From positions 49,208 to 113,207 of IMG/VR virus record IMGVR_UViG_3300028840_002420: a DNA stretch of 64,000 nucleotides. The stretch is one strand, 5' to 3'. Each line of letters begins with the position of its first letter. Positions within the stretch are counted from its first letter, which is position 1. The position numbers were made by a program, and so were the translations under genes. The notes below the pieces were generated by a model. That model saw only the letters and a list, made by a program, of their open reading frames with translations. It had not been told where the DNA came from and did no database searches. Below are positions 55,946 to 64,000 of this stretch, one piece after another. The DNA is from a virus.

Positions 55946-58900
55946 TGCGGAAGGCATTATCGGGCTTTCAGGTCGCCGGTAGATTCGGTATCGAGGGCCA
56001 AGGCCCGAAACTAGTTCTTGGCCGCAATCATCTGAGAGCCCAAACGGGTGTTGATACTTCGGCGCTGTCTGATCTCACCGGACCTGCGAAGCCTCTGAAA
56101 GATCCAGTCGTCCCGTCGTCTCGTGCGGAATTCCGTACGATCACGGAGGTGATCGATGGACTAGGGCTCGATGCGGAAAGTCGCCGAGCGGTTTCGGATA
56201 AGCTTCGGGAGTGGTCCCAGGCCTCCAATCCGCTCGAGTTCCGTAGGAGTCTGTACGGTGGTTTGCGGACGTTTGCTCCGGACAACTTTCCGTTGCGGAG
56301 CGAGCTGGGGAGGCGCTGCATGTCCTATTTTCGCGCGACGGCCGGGGACCGGTTCAGCCGGGCGTTCGGTAAAGAGGGCCAGCGGCTGGTTGTTCAGAAG
56401 AGCGAAGAGCTGTCCAAAGCGAAGCAGCTTGGACTGTTCGATCGGCCGGCTAAGCCGAAGCCTTCTGCTAAGCCAGCTCCGCGGGGCGGGCCGTTCATCG
56501 GTCCGCGCGGTGGGAAGTGGGCGGATCCTCAACACACGATTCCGTGGAAGGAGCCAACGGCCAAGCCGGCGAAAGCTGCGGAAGTTCCGGAGCCGAAGGC
56601 CAAGCCCAAACCACAGGTACATAGCAAGACGTTCGAGCGGACGATCAGCACGTGGGTAACTTCGGACGGGAAGGGCAAGACCAAAGCGGAAGTTGAGCAG
56701 GCGCTGTCCGAACGGCTCGCTGCCCAGAAGAAATCCACGGTGCTCAGCTACAAGGTCGAGCACCAGGGGCGGAAAGCAGCGACGGTTGTCGATAAGGGGT
56801 CGCCGTACGAGTATTGGCTACCAGAGCGGGACGATTGGAAGATCACGATTGATCATCAGGCTGCGCTGCCCGGACATATTTTGGTCGGCCACGTCGAGAC
56901 GGGCAAGCAGGGGCTCATCACGATATTCGACGACCAGACGAAGGTGGCTAAGGCGACGTACGATCGAGCGGAGCACGGTCATTGCGACGTGTGCAAAGCC
57001 AAGCGGGCACGCAACAAGGTGTTTGTCGTCGAGCGCGAAAAGGATGGGAAGCAGATCCTTGTCGGTGGGGAATGCGCCAAGAAATTCAAGGGGGCCAATC
57101 TGGAGGCGCTGGCGCGGAGTATCTCCGGTGACTCGATGGCGCCGGTCAACGACGTGTTGGACTCCGATGACGACTTTTTTGGTGGCGGCGGCAGTCCGGG
57201 GGCGCTCGGTGAGCCTCACGAGGTGTTGGGCGTCGCTCTGTGGTTGACGCGAAAGCGTGGTTACGAGAAGCGGACGGACATGAGCGGAGGTACCGCCGAT
57301 TTTGCCGAAGGGATCATCGGCCGGTACAAGGGCGTTAAGACGACGCCGGAAGAGTGGGCGGAGATCAAAAAGGTCCAAGCAGAGGTTCAGAAGGACCTTC
57401 CGAAGATCAAGGAGTGGGTGCGCGAGCAGCTCGGTGAGGGGACCGATTTGACGCGTGAACAGGCGTTCATGCTGTCAGTGTCGCAGCTGCTCGATCGTGA
57501 TTTCATCGCGGCCAAGAATTTCAGCCGAGTGGCGTGGGTGCCGTACAAGTACTATCGCGTGCAGGCGGCGCAGAAACTCCGAGAGCAGCAGAAATCCTAT
57601 GACCCGCCGAGCGCAAAGATGCACGACTTGCCCGGCAAGTGGACGGTCGTATCGAAAACGCTCAAGGAGTCGGCCTACGGTTCGTACTGGGGCATTACTG
57701 CTCAAGCTGAAGACGGGGCGCGAATTTGGTTCCGGGGGACCAAGGGCTCTGACCAGATCCAGGAAGGGGACACGCTCAAGCTCCGCGGAAAGCTCAAGGA
57801 CAAGAAGGATAAGATCACGTTCATGTCCCACATGAAGGTGACCAACGAGAGCGAGAACGAGCGGAAGGCCGCGGAAGAGGCGGAAGCCAAGAAGCGAGAA
57901 GCTGCGCGGCAGAAGCTGCTTGCTAGCGATAAGCCAGAGGACATAGTTCGAGTCTCGCCCAGCGAGTTTTATGATCATACCGATCCGGAAGGGACGATTA
58001 AGCGGCAGCAGAAGTTCCGTGTCAGGCACGCGAAGGCTGTTCGTACGCTGGCGGAGCGCGGCGCAGAGATTCCCGACGACGCGATCCGTTTGGCGATTGA
58101 TCATCACGATGGCTATAAGGCTCCGGATCCCAACCCTGAGCTTGGACAAGCTCTGCGCCAGTATCGAGCGGTTCAAGATGGCCGTCATCCGATGCAGGCG
58201 AATGAAATGCTGCGATTGTTTCCGAAGGCCGCGGAAAAGCTGATCCGGGAAAAGTTGCCGAAGAAGCAAGCGGACTATGTGCTGCAGGAGAGCGATCCCG
58301 AGAAGGCTTCGTTTCACGGACCGGCAGTCAAGAAGTCCGATTGGGACGGCCAGCTTGATGGCCTTCGGCAGCGGATGCGGCTGACGCTTGATCCGAAGCC
58401 ACTGAGCCTGATTTGGGTGGCGGAGGTCGGCGACGAGCTGCACGAGCGCTCGAGCGAGCGGACTCCGCCCGGATGGCCGAATGAAGGCTCGCTGGTCAAA
58501 GGGGCTGGCCACAAGTACTACAAACGGACGCCACGGCCGGATCCGCCTCCGAAGTACCGGTACTTCTACACGCAGCCGAAGCGCAAAGGGATCACGGAAT
58601 CGAAGGACGTTCAGCAGGGGGCCAAGTTCAAGATCGAGCACGGCGGCCAGCTCGGGCACTTCGAAATTCGCGGGCACGACAAAGAGAGCGGGATCGTCAC
58701 AGTTCGTCATGACGAGAGCGGAAAGACGGTCAACATCAAAGAGCGGGACCTGCATCGGATGATCGCGAGGCATCACGGCCGGCGAACCAAGCGGACTGCG
58801 GAAGAGCGGGCGGAACGCCATCGCGAAAAGCGGGAAGCTCGAGCGCTCAAGCTCCGCGTCCAGCCGACACAGGCTCGATTGCCTGGTACCGAAGCCAAGG

Positions 58901-60729
58901 AGTTTCCCGAGCCTAAGAAAGAGCCTGCTCCTGCTCCAAAGCTGCCGCGGGCGAGCCTCGGTGACTTGGGCAAGGGTGGTTTTGATGACATCGTGGGCTT
59001 CTCGATGGACGCCGGCGAGCTGGAGCGACAAGCGGCGAACATGCGGACGCCGGATCGGGAGTACGCGATTATTCCGCAGACGCAAGGGTTCGTGCTGGCG
59101 TCTAAGGCCAAGGTCGCCGGCAAGGGCAAAGAGGCGATTGGCGACTCGACGGATATCTATCTGCGCGGGGCCGGGCGGAACATCCAGGCGCTGAAAGCGG
59201 AGTGGGCCGTTGTTGAAGCGGACACGCTCGTAGCCAGCCACGATGCTCGAGGGTTTGCGGAGCGCGAGGATTATCCGGTGGGTGTCCAGGAGCGGCCGTA
59301 TCACCGGGACAAGTCCGAGCAGCAGAAAGTGGACGCTATCGCGCGTGATCTGCTGCCGGCGATGGTCGCCAACAGCAACCCCGACGCCATCAATGGAGCT
59401 CCAATCGTTACAGAGCAGGGCGTGGTATTGGGCGGCAACGGCCGGACGATGGGGATGCAGCGGGCTTACGGCCTATATCCGGAGTCTGCGGACAAGCTCC
59501 GCGAGCACCTGACGCGGCATGCTCGAGCGTTCGGAATCAGCGCTCAGCAGGTTTCCGGGATGAAGGATCCGGTGTTGGTCCGCAGAGTCAAAGCGGCCGG
59601 CAAAGATGAGATGACGCGGCTGGGGCGCCGAATGAACGAGGCTCTTACTCAGGGGCTTGATCCGCGAGCTGCGGAAGTGGCGGTCAGCAAATTCGTCACT
59701 CAGGAGGTTGTTGACGATCTGACGCATCGGATGGCGCCGGACCAGACGCTCAGCTCGTTTCTGTCAACGCCGGCGAGCCGTGAGTTCATCCACACGATTG
59801 AGCGGGCCGGGATCATCGACGAGCGGAACCGGAACCAGTTCGTCAATGCGGAAACTGGGCTGCTCAACGAAGACGGCCGCGAGCGGGTCGGTCGGGTGAT
59901 GGCGGCGCGGCTCATTCCGGACAGCGATCTGCTCGACAGCATGAATCAGACGTGGCGCGAGAACATCGCGCAGGCTGTGCCGTATTTCCTGCAGGCCGAG
60001 TCCGCGGGTTGGGATCTTCGTCCGCACCTGGTCGCGGCGGTTCAAGCGGACGCGGACATGCAGGGCAAAGGTCTGAAGCGGACCGCGAAGGACCGCAAGG
60101 TGTATTTGGCTCAGATCGGGCTGCTGGCTAAGGACCAGCGGACGCCGGAAGCTCGGGCGCTGCTGCAGGTGCTGCACGAGCACGGCGGGAAGGCTCGCGG
60201 ACTGCCGGCCGGGTTCAAGCAGGTGGCATTGGAAGCGGACCGGCAGAAGCACGACCACGGTGATCAGGGGAGCATGTTCGCCAGGCCGAAGGTATCGTTG
60301 GTCGAGTCGTTGGCGGCGAGCTTCAAGCTCAAGGGGGAGGATTTGGCCGCGTCGATGAGCGCTCGAGCGGCGCTGGGCGCGTTTCTGGGCGAGGACCGGC
60401 TGCAGAAGGCCGAAGTGGGGGCAGAGGGTCTCGGGCGCTACCTGATGCACGCTGTGCTGTGGGAGCTGGACAATCTGATGCGGGGCGAGCTGGCCGCGGT
60501 GGCGGGCGGCGCCGAACGGATTGACGGGAGCCGGATGCTCAAGCGGCTCAAGCGGTTTATTCGGGCTCAGACTCAGCTGGATCCCGAGTTTGCTCGAGCG
60601 CTCGGAGCACATCCGCTGGATGATTCGACACTTCGGGGACTTTGCCAGGCCGCGGCCAAAAGTCGGGTGACCGAGATTGCGAAGTCGCTATCGCGTTCCG
60701 CACTCGCCAAGTCGCTCCGAATCCAGTAA
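55945..60729 (+). CDS. Large polyvalent (multi-domain) protein with Zn-binding/OB-like module and DdrB-like ParB domain; probably virion-packaged
   Basis: HCDVC...VGGEC module; VVEADTLVASHD...YP..VQER.Y...GAPIV....VLGGNGRT ParB-like domain; lies between terL and portal. Confidence 0.7.
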   Translation: MRKALSGFQVAGRFGIEGQGPKLVLGRNHLRAQTGVDTSALSDLTGPAKPLKDPVVPSSRAEFRTITEVIDGLGLDAESRRAVSDKLREWSQASNPLEFRRSLYGGLRTFAPDNFPLRSELGRRCMSYFRATAGDRFSRAFGKEGQRLVVQKSEELSKAKQLGLFDRPAKPKPSAKPAPRGGPFIGPRGGKWADPQHTIPWKEPTAKPAKAAEVPEPKAKPKPQVHSKTFERTISTWVTSDGKGKTKAEVEQALSERLAAQKKSTVLSYKVEHQGRKAATVVDKGSPYEYWLPERDDWKITIDHQAALPGHILVGHVETGKQGLITIFDDQTKVAKATYDRAEHGHCDVCKAKRARNKVFVVEREKDGKQILVGGECAKKFKGANLEALARSISGDSMAPVNDVLDSDDDFFGGGGSPGALGEPHEVLGVALWLTRKRGYEKRTDMSGGTADFAEGIIGRYKGVKTTPEEWAEIKKVQAEVQKDLPKIKEWVREQLGEGTDLTREQAFMLSVSQLLDRDFIAAKNFSRVAWVPYKYYRVQAAQKLREQQKSYDPPSAKMHDLPGKWTVVSKTLKESAYGSYWGITAQAEDGARIWFRGTKGSDQIQEGDTLKLRGKLKDKKDKITFMSHMKVTNESENERKAAEEAEAKKREAARQKLLASDKPEDIVRVSPSEFYDHTDPEGTIKRQQKFRVRHAKAVRTLAERGAEIPDDAIRLAIDHHDGYKAPDPNPELGQALRQYRAVQDGRHPMQANEMLRLFPKAAEKLIREKLPKKQADYVLQESDPEKASFHGPAVKKSDWDGQLDGLRQRMRLTLDPKPLSLIWVAEVGDELHERSSERTPPGWPNEGSLVKGAGHKYYKRTPRPDPPPKYRYFYTQPKRKGITESKDVQQGAKFKIEHGGQLGHFEIRGHDKESGIVTVRHDESGKTVNIKERDLHRMIARHHGRRTKRTAEERAERHREKREARALKLRVQPTQARLPGTEAKEFPEPKKEPAPAPKLPRASLGDLGKGGFDDIVGFSMDAGELERQAANMRTPDREYAIIPQTQGFVLASKAKVAGKGKEAIGDSTDIYLRGAGRNIQALKAEWAVVEADTLVASHDARGFAEREDYPVGVQERPYHRDKSEQQKVDAIARDLLPAMVANSNPDAINGAPIVTEQGVVLGGNGRTMGMQRAYGLYPESADKLREHLTRHARAFGISAQQVSGMKDPVLVRRVKAAGKDEMTRLGRRMNEALTQGLDPRAAEVAVSKFVTQEVVDDLTHRMAPDQTLSSFLSTPASREFIHTIERAGIIDERNRNQFVNAETGLLNEDGRERVGRVMAARLIPDSDLLDSMNQTWRENIAQAVPYFLQAESAGWDLRPHLVAAVQADADMQGKGLKRTAKDRKVYLAQIGLLAKDQRTPEARALLQVLHEHGGKARGLPAGFKQVALEADRQKHDHGDQGSMFARPKVSLVESLAASFKLKGEDLAASMSARAALGAFLGEDRLQKAEVGAEGLGRYLMHAVLWELDNLMRGELAAVAGGAERIDGSRMLKRLKRFIRAQTQLDPEFARALGAHPLDDSTLRGLCQAAAKSRVTEIAKSLSRSALAKSLRIQ

Positions 60730-60753
60730 GTTGTGGGCAAAGGAGATTCCGCA

Positions 60754-62922
60754 ATGCCTGCCGGAGCGGTCAAGACGCCTGAAGACGAGAAGAATTGGCA
60801 GCGCGCGAAAGATGCGGCGGCCAAGCAAGGCCAGGCCGGCAATTACCGGCTAATTATGCACATCTTCAAGCAGATGCAGGGGTCCAAGTCGTTATATCCG
60901 GACGAACAGACGCCGGATTTGCGGAAAGTCGCCAAAGCCGAAGCGGACGAAGCCAAGATCCGAGCCGGATTGAAAAAACAAGCGAGCAAGCATCGACGGC
61001 TTGCGGAAGAACATCGCCGAGCGAATCCGAAAGGCGGTGGAACGATGGGACGGTGGCGTCAGGAGCGGGCACACGATGACGCTCAGGAAGCTCACCGGGA
61101 AGCTGCGGAAACCAGCGAGGAAGCGATCACGGATACTTCCAAGCGGGATGAAGCTCAGGATACGAGCGATGCGGCATTCACCCATCCGCCAGCAGAGGAG
61201 GTCAAGAGCATGGAGTCAATCAGCAAATCCGAATATGACGCTCTGCCTGTTCTGGAGAAAGCAAAGTACAAGCAGCGGTATCGTGGACCGGGCGGAGAAT
61301 GGCGCTACGTGTACGATGAGTCGGGCAAGCAGCCGCGTGAGGGGATGGTCGAGGGTTTTCCAGGGGAATGGCGTCGTGATCCGAAGCACGGCCAGAAAAA
61401 GCGCGAGAAGCGTCAACAAGCCAAAAAGCAGAATCGAGATGAGTTGGCGCGCCGACAGGCCACACTCGCCGGGACTGGATCGGCGGCTGGATTGACGCCT
61501 CGGCAGCAGGTTCAGACAGCCATCGGGGCTCAGGCGACAATGAGAGCTGCACGGCAGAAGGACGCAGCTGTATTGTCGGCCGCTCAGAAGATTTCCACGA
61601 TGTCGATGGTCACAGGTGCGGAAACCAAGCAGCTTGCCCAAGCGGCTCAGGCTATCCATGGTCTGAGCGGTGCGCGGGATAAGGTTCGTGCGCTGGCCCG
61701 AGAGATCTTGGCAAGTAAAGAGCCGTCGATGGGCGGTAAGGCGAAACAGCTGGCCAAGCTGATTCAAACGACATTGGCCGCGGAGAAATCGATGACTGGC
61801 GCCATTCAGAAGGGGTTGCGTAAGGCCTTCAGCAAGCCCGCGGAAAAGGATCCGAAAAAGGATCCGAAGGCCAAGCCGACCGATGAGGAAGACGAAGCCA
61901 ACGAGCCGGGGAGCCACGATCATCACAAGGATCGGGCGCTCGCTCATTTGCAGGCCGCTCAGGCTCACGCTACGGCCGCTCACAGCGCCAAGAAGGTCGA
62001 GGCGGCCAAAGAGCACAAGCAGGTGGTCGATGCAGCAGAGCAGGCCTCACAGGCTGCTGTGAGTGACACGCCGGACGGTAAGGAGCCGGTGGCTAAGGGC
62101 GGGTTCTACGGAGACAACCTGACGCGTTGGGCTGACCAGTTCATGGGTAACGCCGAGCTGCACGAGCAGGCGTTGAAACTGGTCCGGGACCGCATGGTGC
62201 TGGACGCTCAGCGGCCGAAGTGGGCGGATACCGCCGAGTCGTTGAAGGCGCGGCAAGCTCACGAGGCCAAGAGTCAGAAGCTGCGCGACGAGATGGACGC
62301 AGTGGAGAAGCGGTATCTGGACTTCCGCATCAAAGAAGCCGAGACGCGGAACAAGATGAGCAAGTCCGGACCGACTCTGGTTCGTCCGGAAGAGGATATC
62401 GGGTTCCATAAGTCGCAGATCGTCCACCATCACGCCGAAGATGCGGTGCTCGAGCACTTGGAAGGCGGGGCGGTTATCGGTGGCCAGCTTGCCGGGCTGC
62501 GGCATGATGGCCGGTCGCGGCTGCTCGGGATGCGCGGTGAGCGGATGACCAAGGGCGGAGTCGCTGGCGGTACGGTCTACCAGGGCGAGCACAATGCTCC
62601 GCGCGGTGGCGATATGCGCGAAACCGTCGCTCGAGCTCAAAGCTACGCAGAGACGGTGCAGCTCGATCCAGACGAGACGCGGGGACAGGGGGGCCTTCCC
62701 GAATGGTGGGAGGACGCGTGGCACGAAAATCCGGAGGTCAAGGTACCTGTGGGCCTGGAAGGCAGTCGCGGATTCGCCAAGGGCCAGACGCCGGCTGTCA
62801 ACGTGATCGACGACAGCGATCCAGTGACCAAGGCGCATCGAAGCGACGTGAATCGTGTCGGCCTGGCGGTCGAGATGCGGTATCACGGAGACGGTAGAGA
62901 GACCAGGCGAGACGGCCGCTAA
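60754..62922 (+). CDS. Large modular hypothetical protein, probable internal head polyprotein
   Basis: AAGGAG RBS; N-terminal MPAGAVKTPEDEKNWQRAK module; KYKQRYRGPGGEWRYVY motif; many hydrophobic-x-K-S/A/G sites. Confidence 0.65.
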   Translation: MPAGAVKTPEDEKNWQRAKDAAAKQGQAGNYRLIMHIFKQMQGSKSLYPDEQTPDLRKVAKAEADEAKIRAGLKKQASKHRRLAEEHRRANPKGGGTMGRWRQERAHDDAQEAHREAAETSEEAITDTSKRDEAQDTSDAAFTHPPAEEVKSMESISKSEYDALPVLEKAKYKQRYRGPGGEWRYVYDESGKQPREGMVEGFPGEWRRDPKHGQKKREKRQQAKKQNRDELARRQATLAGTGSAAGLTPRQQVQTAIGAQATMRAARQKDAAVLSAAQKISTMSMVTGAETKQLAQAAQAIHGLSGARDKVRALAREILASKEPSMGGKAKQLAKLIQTTLAAEKSMTGAIQKGLRKAFSKPAEKDPKKDPKAKPTDEEDEANEPGSHDHHKDRALAHLQAAQAHATAAHSAKKVEAAKEHKQVVDAAEQASQAAVSDTPDGKEPVAKGGFYGDNLTRWADQFMGNAELHEQALKLVRDRMVLDAQRPKWADTAESLKARQAHEAKSQKLRDEMDAVEKRYLDFRIKEAETRNKMSKSGPTLVRPEEDIGFHKSQIVHHHAEDAVLEHLEGGAVIGGQLAGLRHDGRSRLLGMRGERMTKGGVAGGTVYQGEHNAPRGGDMRETVARAQSYAETVQLDPDETRGQGGLPEWWEDAWHENPEVKVPVGLEGSRGFAKGQTPAVNVIDDSDPVTKAHRSDVNRVGLAVEMRYHGDGRETRRDGR

Positions 62923-62932
62923 GGGGTAGCGT

Positions 62933-64000
62933 ATGGGCCTCCTTTCACGAGTAGCAGGCGGTCTCGGGTCCGCTCTCGGGGTGGGCGTGGACGCGTTCGC
63001 CAAGGCGACGATGACCGCCGACGATCCGGCCAATCGTAGCAGCGCATCGACAGCGATGTCGCTCGCGGAAAAGCCGGCGAGCCTCCCGCCAGAGCCAACC
63101 GGTGACGACCCGAAAGGGCTGCTGTTCGATCCGTTCGCGTTGATCGATCAGCTGGGGTACCGAGATCGCCCGACAGGGCTGACCTATCAGACGTTGCGCG
63201 AGATGGCCAAGCGTGTGCCGACGTATACGGCCGTGCTTCAGACGCGGCTGACTCAGGTCAAAAACTTCGGGCAGCGCCAGAAGGATCCACGAGAGCCGGG
63301 CTACGGAATCATCCTCCGCGACGAAAAAGCCACACCGACCACGCAGGACGAAAAGCGGATGCGTCAGCTCGAAGACTGGCTGATGCAGACTGGGACGGAG
63401 TGGAGCCACGCTCGGGACAACTTCAAGACGTTCTTGTTCAAGATCACGCGGGACAGCCTCATCCTGGACCAGTGCTGTTTCGAGATTCAGCACAACCGCA
63501 AGGGCGAGCCGTGGGCGTTCTACGCGATGGACGGCGGCCAGATGCGGCTGGCGGATGTTCCGCCCGGTGCGGAAGCCAACACGCCGCTGGATGTCGTCAA
63601 GTACGTCCAGGTCTACGATGAGATGGTTATCGCGGAGTTTGGTCCGCACCAGCTCAACTTCGGCGTGCGGAATCCGCGGACCGACATCCGAGTCAACGGC
63701 TACGGCTATTCCGAGCTGGAGATGCTGATCAACGTCATCACAGCTTCGTTGTGGGCGTTCGAGTACAACAAAAAACAGTTCAGCCAGGGAACGTTTGCCA
63801 AGGGGCTGCTCAACTTCAAGGGTACAGTCCCCGATAAGAAGATCGATGCCTTTCGCCGTCAGTGGCAGATGATGATTGCGGGGGTTTCCAACGCCGGCAA
63901 AACGCCGATGACCAATGTCGATGAAGTGCAGTGGATCGATCTGCACAGCAACAATCGCGACATGGAGTTTTCTGCGTGGATGGACTGGCTGATCAAGATC
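62933..64000 (+). CDS. Portal protein (SPO1/Twort-like), 3'-truncated; missing from the ORF track
   Basis: Manual translation from ATG 62933 is open to the window end: LTYQTLREMA...TRLTQV...RDSLILDQ...VRNPRTD...GYGYSELE...FSQG...FRRQW...GVSNA...RDMEF. Confidence 0.88.
   Translation, partial: MGLLSRVAGGLGSALGVGVDAFAKATMTADDPANRSSASTAMSLAEKPASLPPEPTGDDPKGLLFDPFALIDQLGYRDRPTGLTYQTLREMAKRVPTYTAVLQTRLTQVKNFGQRQKDPREPGYGIILRDEKATPTTQDEKRMRQLEDWLMQTGTEWSHARDNFKTFLFKITRDSLILDQCCFEIQHNRKGEPWAFYAMDGGQMRLADVPPGAEANTPLDVVKYVQVYDEMVIAEFGPHQLNFGVRNPRTDIRVNGYGYSELEMLINVITASLWAFEYNKKQFSQGTFAKGLLNFKGTVPDKKIDAFRRQWQMMIAGVSNAGKTPMTNVDEVQWIDLHSNNRDMEFSAWMDWLIKI

Noticed and set aside
57475-59304. 609-aa minus-strand ORF and similar long antisense ORFs (e.g. 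22346-23464, 54683-55804, 62945-63946)
   Set aside because: Shadow frames of GC-rich + strand genes with no recognisable motifs
1-64000. Genome-wide stop-codon reassignment
   Set aside because: TGA, TAG and TAA all end well-recognised genes, and conserved enzymes are uninterrupted in code 11
1-64000. tRNA/rRNA genes, integrase, transposase, reverse transcriptase, introns or inteins
   Set aside because: No cloverleaf with T-loop consensus or diagnostic protein motifs seen; polymerase, helicases, RecA and terminase have no obvious insertions

Overview
This is a 64-kb segment of a large, GC-rich (roughly 60-65% by eye) tailed dsDNA phage genome, with almost all genes on the + strand. Positions ~1-27 kb hold a self-contained replication/recombination module: SF2 helicase, Hfq/Sm-like protein, DnaB-like helicase, J-domain protein, primase, sigma factor, histone-H1-like protein, UvsY-like mediator, gp32-like SSB, RecA, family A DNA polymerase, SbcCD, resolvase-like nuclease, ParB-methyltransferase fusion and beta clamp. 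Positions ~27-51 kb are a dense array of small accessory genes (Zn-finger, wHTH, nucleotide-metabolism enzymes). Positions ~51-64 kb carry lysis-type genes, the terminase large subunit, two large modular putative virion-packaged proteins and the 5' part of a SPO1/Twort-like portal gene. One small gene resembles a Myxococcota-typical protein, which hints at the host. The strongest unexplained signals are: (i) a heavily over-represented heptamer TGCGGAA/TTCCGCA (about 100 copies by manual count) that is unevenly distributed and brackets the -35 box of a thrice-repeated promoter cassette; (ii) a second promoter class GCTACA-N16-CATAGTAG (5 copies) probably read by the phage sigma factor; (iii) structured intergenic RNAs together with a phage Hfq-like gene; (iv) polyprotein-like proteins between terminase and portal punctuated by K-S/A/G candidate protease sites. 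All family calls come from motif recognition by eye; no database search was run.
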